A stretch of DNA of 64,000 nt from Chlorokybus atmophyticus (lineage: Eukaryota; Plantae; Mesostigma and Chlorokybus algae). This document shows positions 55,230 through 64,000 of the stretch, piece after piece (position 1 is the stretch's first letter; each line of letters starts with the position of its first letter). Below the pieces are notes generated by a model. That model was given only the letters and a program-made list of their open reading frames with translations, was not told the DNA's origin and did not search any database. Location of the stretch: the NCBI GenBank assembly GCA_009103225.1, contig RHPI01000385.1, forward strand, positions 705,479-769,478. The letters are read 5' to 3'. Both the position numbers and the translations under genes were made by a program.

Positions 55230-57741
55230 CTACTGCCATGTGGACAGTGGCTGCACTTCAGGCATTGGCGCATCTGCCAGGCTTTTGGACCAGAGCACTG
55301 CAATAGTTGCGCTGGTGCACAGGTCGGGCATGCGCACAACCAGGTTGGTGACGCCCGTATTTGGGTTCTCCATTGGTCTGCCTATCACGAGGGGATCTGT
55401 AGAAAAGGTGGTGAAAGTCGCACCGGCGGGGCTTAGAATCCGCCCTTGCAGCTGCGAACCTCCTTGTGCAAGGGTGGCTGTTGTGCCAGCCCTTGACACG
55501 GCAACCGAAGCGCGCGTGTGGAACATGCTGACAACATCCATGGGAGCCACGAAGGATACCTGTGTACAGGTGGACACAAGTCAGCGCCATCCTTGTCCGT
55601 GTGGGTGTGCAAATGTTGTGCAAATGCCCACCTCGTCCTGCACAAGAAGTCGAGCGTATGGGGCAGGTACATCCTTGAGGAGTGCAATGCCGCGACGGAC
55701 GCTGATGGCGCCGGTGTATGCGTCTGTGAGATTGACAACAGTATGCGAGCGCTGTTCCGAGGAGAACGGTGTTGACAGTGAGGCAGTCACGCCCAGTGCC
55801 TGGTTCGCACATTGCAGAGCGCTCTGTGTCGTGTTGCTCACCGCCAGAGTGTTGTGAGATTCAGTGCGCGTGCGGTAATAACTGCAAGGTAAGTACATTG
55901 TAAGTATGGCAGCAGACACTTGACACTCTGCAGCTGCTCTGCAAGTGGCGGTCTCCCACCTGTAGCGAAACTTGTATCCAGGCGTGAAGTATCCAGGCAG
56001 GCTGTAGCTGTCATAGCCGAGGTCAATGAACCAGCGCTGGCCGTCGTTGTCAAACACAAATGATCCCAAGTCAAGATGCGCATGCGTGCTCTCCCTTGGA
56101 GCGGGGTTCCACCCAGCCTTCACGGCAACATACGCGGTGAGGTTGCTGCCCCATGTCGTGCGCATGAACGCAGTGTCAACTTCCAGCCCGCGGTGGCGCA
56201 CGTCCTCAGGTAGCGGATTGGGCAGAATTTGTTGCGTGAATGTGGCAGGGTTTGTCCAGAACACACGGAAGAACATGCCCGTGACCTTAAGGTTGAACTC
56301 ATACGAGGGCACAAAGGCGTCGTTCACTTGAGCTGCAGCATAGTAGTTCAGTTGCATTGAGTTGAGAACGTCGCCTCCGTCAGCAAAGGTGAAAGATGTT
56401 GACTTGGCGGTAGAGCTTAAGCATTGGATGCGAAAGTATGCAGCGGCCTGCACAATGTTATACTCATCAGCAAATGTGCAAGTTTGGGTACTCATACCAT
56501 TTTACTGCTCTTAGCCTTACCATCAGGGCCGGTGAGGAGCTCCAGCCAAAGTCGTTGTTGAGAGCAGTCTTTAGAGTGCTAAGGGCAAAAGGCAGGTTGT
56601 AGCCGATGTAGCTGCCATAGAAGGGGCCCTCGAAGAATGCACCGCTTGGGCTTAGGTTGCGCATCTGCCGCTCGATGCCTGGCAGCGCCATAGCCAATAT
56701 CTGCTGGCACATGACCATGTCGCGCTCCGCGAACACTATGGCCGCTACAACGTAGCCTGTGAGCGAGTTGGTGGCTACGTTTGTGTCCTGCATTGATGCG
56801 TTATGAGCATGTCAGCTTTGCTTTGCTCACTGATGCATGCGTGCAGGTTGCAATCAGCACTCACCAAGGCCGCGACGGTGGGCAGCATGGCCGCGTTGAG
56901 GGCGGGCAGGAAGGCGTTGTTGCGCACTGCAGTCCATACAGCCGTGCGCTGCGCGTTGGTTAAGCCGCTGTACAACCAGTCATAGCCCCATGACGCCGCC
57001 AGCAGGTAGTTGCTCAAATCTAGGTAGCTTTCAACCTTGTTGAAGCTTGTGCCCCTGCACATGCAAACCGCTCTGGTGGTGCACTTACACATGCATTGCA
57101 GGCATACAACTGCATGCATGGCTTGTAACTCACCAGGCAGGGAGCGAGGAGATGTACATGACATCAGCGAGCGCATATGCAAACTTGGCGGGGTCCGAGT
57201 CCACCAGGTACCCGCCAGCGATGCTTGCAATGCGGTCCGCAAAGTTACGGGCATTTGAACTGCACAAAGAAAGGTCAGTTCTGGTGTTGGTAGTCGCAAC
57301 CAGTACTTGTGCAGCAGCCTTGCTAATCCTTGTCAAGAGCTTGCTTGCCTGGCAAAAGGAGAGCGAGGGGTGACGATAGTGGCATTGGCGGTTATCATAG
57401 CGCTCTTGCAAAGTGGCCACATCTTGCTGTTGACGTTATTGTACGAGCGGATAGCTGCGGCGGGGACGGCACAACAGCATCAGTAAGTCAAGGTACAAAG
57501 AAATGAACACGTATTGCATGACTACATCACTACCATAACACTGCTTACTCGGCAACATGTCCTGCGTGACAATAGCGCGAGGGTGTTCGAGCCTCACGGT
57601 GGACAATGCTGTTGAGTAGTCTTGTATTGACTGCGCCATTGCAAATGGGACTGCCAGCGCCAACAGCAGCAACAGCTGAGGAACCTGCCATCGCCAATGC
57701 CTCCTATTTTGCAGCATACTGCAACAACTTTGGCTCGCCAT
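55230..57741 (-). CDS. Secreted heparinase II/III-like protein, paralog 3 (inverted duplicate of paralog 2)
   Basis: MASQSCC..QLLLLLALAVPFAMAQ signal; motifs RLEHPRAIVT, YLDLSNYLLAASWGYDWLY, GAFFEGPFYGSY, HAHLDLGSFVFDNDGQRWFIDLGY; ends VQPLSTWQ*. Exons and several introns align with paralog 2. Confidence 0.85.
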
Positions 57742-60578
57742 TGCTGAGAGACTGTGCACACAAACAGTAAGTGCATTGTGCAACAGAAGTGCAAGAAGTT
57801 GCGAATGCATGCCAGCCAACCGGCTACACTACAAGCAGAGACTAAAATTGCAGATTTGTGCAGAGCGGGGCCAAGGGAAGAGAAGTGCATGCATGCTGTC
57901 ATGGCAAGGGCGTACCAGGCTGCTGGAGGATGCAGACAGGGGGCCAAAAGTGGACCTGGTTGCTTGCGGAAGTATAACTCAGGTTCAGGCCCAACCAGCT
58001 GCACTGCTGACTACTGCTGGGATCCCCCTCAGATGTGGAACGGAACCTTGCATGCGTTTGTAACTCCAGCTGCTCTATATACCACACTACTAGGCCACTT
58101 CCCAGCTTTGGGAAAGGGTCAACCGTTTGTGCACGTGATTGGCTCAAAGGTAGGCTTAACTTAGGCTTAACAGCAGCAACCGACTCTCGAGATCTTCTGC
58201 CGCTGGGTATGGCGCACTTGGCCAAGTAGGCGGACTGCATTGTACAGCGCCTGTGTACGCCTATAGCCAAAGTCAACCTCATCGCTGTCCTCATCATTCT
58301 CGCCCTTCTGCACTACCACAGTGCCGTGCTGCTCCTGGAATAACCCACTCTCTCTTCCCGCAAGCCACTTGGCGCCGCCAGGCACAGGCACAGAGACGCA
58401 GAGAGAGACTCGCACGTGAAGGCTGTCACTGACAACTTGTCAGAGAGTGCATGCTCTGAGAGCTCTGTTCCCAATTTGGCAGTTCCAAAGGTGGTGTTGA
58501 CAACTTCACGAGCATAAACAGCGGTTGTGCATCCCGCTCAGGCATTGCAGTACGGTATTAGCCCTGATGAGCTTACTTCCACTGCTTCATTGCCACTGTT
58601 GTTGGTGGCCACTTGCTTGACGGTTTCTAGCAAGCTGATACGAGGATCTGAGTAACACTGCCGCATGCGACAAGGGTACCGGACTCTGTGTAGAGACAAC
58701 CGTCCGTATAACCGCAAAAACATCAAGAAAACCGTGTCCCTGATGTATGCATTGCATAGCCCGCTCGGCTAGATTTGTGCCGTGCAGTTGTAACTCTAAA
58801 TCCAGCATGTGGCCAGTAGGGGCGGACCTGTTCCGAGTGGTGCACTGGTTGGCCAAAAATAACGCTTGCGGTTGCCAGTTACAACTGCATCGGCGCGTAT
58901 GCAAGTGCCACATACCGCATTTACCCGTTCACAGTGCCCCCTTCCAACATAGTGCCCCCCCAAAATGTAGGGGGGGTAATCATATTCGGGGGGCAACTCT
59001 ATTCGAAATGGGGCATTGTATGAATCCAAGATTACGTTGACTATCGTCTCTGGCCGGATTTAGCGTAATCTCACGCGACAAGACGTAGCACAACCGTAAC
59101 TCAGTGTAACAAGAGCATACCCGGAAGTAAGCCTACGGGCAACAGACTCAGCCTATGGCCCAGCGTAGGCTAACCCCTGCGGCTTAATAAATTACCTTAA
59201 CTCAGCCTACGGCATACGTGGCAGCAGCACAGGCTGCCGCGGCGGCAGTGCCGCCAAGTACTGGCAGTTGCACTACTCTTCATGGCATGATGCCAGTTGC
59301 ATGTTGCAAACAGCTATGAACCGCAGCGCACTACACATAAGCAAAGCAAGTGTGCGTGCAGTGCAAGCAAGTTACGGCAAGCTCAGCAAATACAACAACA
59401 ATAAGTTGAATACAATACAAGAACAGTACAAAACCTTATGAATTGTTATGATGGCATGTTATGTACACAATCATTGATTATTTTTAGCAATTGCATAACA
59501 TATAAAGCTAGTTCTCATAAAGCAATTGATGCTTTGCATTCCAAAACATAAATAGAGTGTATATGATATTATGGACAGATTCTCGTATTTTGGGTAGATT
59601 GCATTTGTACAATATAAAATGCAATCTACCCATGAGTTGAGTGATGGGCAAGGTATTGTGCGAAAACCAAATGTTCACCGCACTTTATTTGCCATGCAAA
59701 GTATGTGCATTCTTAACTCCTGATGCCATGAGCCCGCCTCGGGTTTGTTCAAGGCTCGTGATGCGCCGAGCCCATCTATCGTACAATGTGGTTGTATGCA
59801 GCACTGAGTAAGGGTCATCTATGTATGAATGTATAAGATAATTCTGGTGCATAACCATGGTGTTGGGAGTTTAATTTCACTCAGCCAGCTGCTCACTTGC
59901 TGTGTGTATGGGTGATGTGCTTAGCTGTTAAAGGTGCCTTCCTTACCCTCTTGTGTGGGGGCGTTTCTGGGTGATTTGCTTAGGGTTTGGGGTGTTTATC
60001 CTGTCGTCGTTGCGCACGCCTGTACTAAAGAGTATGCGCCTCTTACTTTCTGCTAATGCTGGTGATCTTGTTGGTGTGGATAACCCCTGCCTAGCTGGTT
60101 TTGCTCTTGTGTATTGCTGGGTGTGCATGCGTATGTATGCAATAGGCCTTACACACTCGTGTGTGTGCATGCATGTGTATGCCCCTTGCATGTAGAGGAT
60201 ATCATGATGTGTGTGCATGATGCACGGCATGTGTGCATGCACAATAGCCTTGCACTTCTGTGCATGTGTGGCAGCATCCTCGACAGCATACTGCATGCTC
60301 ACGCATTGGATGAGCCACTATCAACAAGCCCCTGGCATCAGGTGTTCCACACTGTGGTGATGATCATCATGATGGTATTGCAGTTAATGGGTTCTGCCTC
60401 AGAGCGGATTAATTTATGTGATCCCCACTTGGGATTGTGGACTCCATAAAGACATCATGTCCTGATGCCACATGCTTCCCTTTGCTGGAACGACCTGCTA
60501 GTCGGGGCTGTTGGGCTATTGCATTGATGCACTGTCTGGCACTGAGTGGTTTACATCTCATTAAGGTGCTGATTGTGA

Positions 60579-60802
60579 CTCTCCCCCTCATCCCTTGTGG
60601 GGTGAGGTGTTGTGGTGTTGTGTACATGGGTGTGTTGGGCGTTTTGTGGTGCCTGAGGCAAGAGCTGTGTGGAGAGGTTGGTGGTCATCCTCCCCTTCAA
60701 GATGCTATACAGTGAGATTGGTGGGGGATCCGCTATAGATTCTAAGTGCTTGAGCTTAAATTTGCCAAGCCCAACTGATAAGTAAGTAGTGGTATTGTTA
60801 CA
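60579..60802 (-). mobile_element. Truncated or degenerate LTR of family A (copy 3)
   Basis: Minus strand begins TGTAACAATACCACTACTTACTT..GGGGCTTGGCAAA and contains GAGGATGACCACCAACCTCTC..CCCCACAAGGGATGAGGGGGAGAG as in copy A1. No matching 3' terminus or TSD was found. Confidence 0.7.
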
Positions 60803-60839
60803 CTCTCTCTCTTCCTCTCCGTGTGGGTGACCCTTATGT

Positions 60840-61450
60840 AGGCATATGCATTATGCACATCGATGCCGTCTGCATGATCGTATGCACGCACGCATATATG
60901 TGCGTGTATACGAACACATATGAATTCACACACACACCGTGTGCGTGTGTTTTATACAACACATATAAAAAACATTTATATATACATAAATATACATATA
61001 TGTATATTATTATATGTATGTATGTATACAGACATACATTTTTAAATGTGTATATACATATGTAATATTGTTGATAGACATGTCAATAAACACATACATG
61101 TTTAGGTATATGGTAATGCATATTTATATATACATAACTTTGTCGACATTTTTTGAAAACCTATATGTATATATACACATATATACACGCATATACATGT
61201 ATATATATGCATGTATATATATACACATATATACACGCATATACATGTATATATATGCATGTATAATTATAAAAACATAATTGCATAATTATGTAGGTTT
61301 AAACGTTTCAATTGCTTTACCATACATTCGTACATCTATATGCATATATATGTATATATATACACAAAATTACCATATATTGAATGTACGTATATAATGA
61401 GTTGGATGAGGTTGTGTACATATATCTGTACATATTCTCACGCTACATGT
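60840..61450. repeat. AT-rich low-complexity (TA/CATA) tract including a 46-48 bp unit repeated twice at about 61167-61264
   Basis: Direct reading of the sequence. Confidence 0.75.
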
Positions 61451-62399
61451 ACATGTGAATCACGAGATGTGGTGCACATAAATGTCAGTTATTGAGGTTA
61501 TACCAAGTCAGAGGTCCTGTTTGTCGCTGGAATGCAACTGTCCCGGACGCGCGCTTTCGGATATGAAGAGCGTATCCGGACCGATCGCCGCCCCGGATGA
61601 GGGCGGGAGACGTTCAATTACGGTCGCACGGGGGTCGCCCGCCTCCTGCCGTCGTCTGGCCGGGGGTACTTGTAATTTTGTGTAATCTTACAGTAGGGGG
61701 GCACTGCATACGAGAACGGGGCATAGTACAGCCTAACAGTGTGCCCCATGATAGTTTTAGGGGGTAATTATAATAGGGCGGGCGCTCTGTACGGGTAATT
61801 ACGGTAGCTTTTCAACCTTTTTGATTTTCAGCAAGTTGGGCGTTGACTGTTTAATCAGTGATTCGTCTTATCCATGCGAACATGACTGAAAATAACTTTA
61901 TTCAATGAATTGAATTTTATGTACATCAGAAAAGTGTTATATCATAATGCTGCAAAATCTTTATAACATGCAATGGCTAAACAGTTACTTTAGTATGTAT
62001 AAAACCCCGCCAGACTACACATTTTGATTCATAACCATTTGATAGCATATGTGTCGCCGGCGAAAGTTATGTAAAGCGGCCAATGGAAGTTATTATTTTT
62101 ACGACAATTCGCGGCATTACAGTATACAACATATGGTCTTGATGTATCATATGCATAAATGCAACACCGGTAATCCTAATTATAAATCGTGCATGTTTTG
62201 CGATTGAATGCGAAATGCATTTGCTATAAGTAGAAAAGCGAGTGTTGATCCGTTATAACATGCATGCAAAGGATGTTTAAGAAGCATAATAGGTTTAATT
62301 GATTGCTAAGCGTGTAGGATTTGACACTTCTAGTGAACACGTGTACCTTGCATGAAATTGGTTGCGGATCATTATTGGCAAATGAGTTTGAAGTGTAAT

Positions 62400-63414
62400 T
62401 GTAATGATACCACTCACTTACTTGCTGGGCGGCTTGGCAAACTTATGCACAAGCACAAGGACTTACTACTGGAAGCCCTACCAGCGTCCCTGGTGCAGTA
62501 CCTTGCAGAGGAAGTTACAGCACCGCACCAATGAAGGAGAGGATGACACCAACCTCTCTACTCAGCTCCCACACACTCACACACTCAAGCACACCTCACA
62601 CACATGTGCAAAGCTGCCATGGACATCACACACCACATGGGATGAGAGGGACAGCCCCTTGAACAACTAAACTAGGCACCCCACACACAAGAGTCGAGTA
62701 TGCACATGCTGAGCTGTCTTTGAACGGCCTTAACACATGTTGAGGCCGTTCATATACCCTCTCTTTGCTGCTCTCCGACCTAGAACATCCAAGTCCAAGG
62801 CTACATGCCTTGTCATGGCTGCGTTGACCACAACTCATGTCTAGAGCTGCCACATCAGCCCTTGGACCTCTTTCAACGCCCAAGACTGATCACACATCAG
62901 CCTTGGACACTGTAAACGTCCCTAGGCTGGTCACCTCAGCCTAGGACATCACACACATCATCCTTGGACGTTGTGAACGTCCTTGGCTGGTCGCATCATA
63001 CTCATGCATACATATGCATCCTTATGCATACATACGCGCGCATATGCACACATATGCGCATGCATGCATATACATGCATACATCTAATACATACCTCTCA
63101 TGCACGCATATGCACTCATATGCGTACATGTGCACACATATGCAAACACATGCATACACATGCGGACATATGCACACATATGTCTCTGTACATCACATGA
63201 TGTCTCATCGGCTATGATCAGCCCTGTGCTTGCCATCATGCCTTGTGTAGTTCATCATGCTCAAAGCCGCGCAGGCTCTAGAGCAGACCTACATGAGAGC
63301 ACACCCACAAGCACTACACACGCTTGCGTAGTGTGGGTCCCCACTTGGTCTCATCTTACTTACCACATAAGTAAGGGACAGAGAATGACACCTGCCTGCC
63401 CTGTGGGCGTGACA
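62400..63414 (+). mobile_element. Solo LTR (family A, copy 2)
   Basis: Termini TGTAATGATACC...GGGCGTGACA; 5-bp TSD GTAAT at 62395-62399 and 63415-63419. Shares AGGGACAGAGAATGAC and ACTAGGCACCCCACACACAA with copy A1. Confidence 0.85.
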
Positions 63415-64000
63415 GTAATATAAGTATAGATAACCAACTTGTTACCACATTATTAAACTTAATACACATGCATCAAATGCATGAATACATATGCTAACAT
63501 ACGAAATTGGCTTTCCAGTTAAAAGCATTTGAGCAATGCAACGCCCCTTAACGCCTTCCGAGTTTAAAGTGGGCATAGAGGGCTTATGAGCATCAATACG
63601 CATTACACAGCCTCCTATAGTAGCGTTTTTTGCTACCATGGCCTAGTTGGCAAAGCCCCGCGTTACACCCAAAGTATGGTTATGTAGTTTCATAAACACA
63701 GACATAGTGTTAATAAGGTGCACTCGGAGCGCATTGCCTGCAGCTCATTTCATATATGCCAATTAAATTGTGCTCATTGCTCAATCGTGCGTTTGGTATG
63801 CACATGCATAATTGTATTAAAATCCACAACGTCGCAAATTTTACACGGTAACTATCCAAGGACTGAGGGACTGACGGGTACCTGCCTCTGCCTGAACTAA
63901 TGGATTGGTCCATAAAGGGACTTATAAGACGGCCGGTGCTATTCAACAACATTTAATAACGGACAGCGGTCGGCCGATAGCTACACGCAATTAAAGCCTG

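Noticed and set aside
58167-59029. Short minus-strand ORFs upstream of lyase 3
   Set aside because: They cannot be joined into a coherent model. The proximal part is homologous to the paralog 2 leader, so it is best read as promoter or 5'UTR.
59975-59995. Telomere-like TTAGGGTTTGGGG
   Set aside because: A single degenerate unit with no array.

Overview
Intron-rich eukaryotic nuclear DNA, not prokaryotic. A plastid-targeted SufD, a plant-type LIP5 and short GT/GC-AG introns point to a green alga (Viridiplantae); this is inference and the species is not identified. I can parse about 15 spliced protein-coding genes: a partial alpha-crystallin-domain gene, GFAT, a 2xLysM-lysozyme-like gene, carboxypeptidase Q, LIP5/VTA1, PAC2, a divergent cytosolic HSP90, three paralogous secreted heparinase II/III-like proteins, RRP43, a DAO-family oxidoreductase, a fucosyltransferase-like protein, SufD and a Lon-N-domain protein. 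Three U18 C/D snoRNA copies sit in SufD intron 2. AT-rich islands at about 19-22 kb and 59-64 kb carry a solo-LTR family, and one copy has a miniature LTR element (TRIM) nested inside it. The best candidates for undescribed biology are (i) the triplicated, intron-bearing, bacterial-type uronic-acid lyase/epimerase-like family flanking a fucosyltransferase-like gene and (ii) a LysM-lysozyme gene head-to-head with GFAT. All gene models were spliced by eye. Family calls rest on recalled motifs, not database searches. There are three N-gaps (7210-7406, 40103-40199, 46115-47101).
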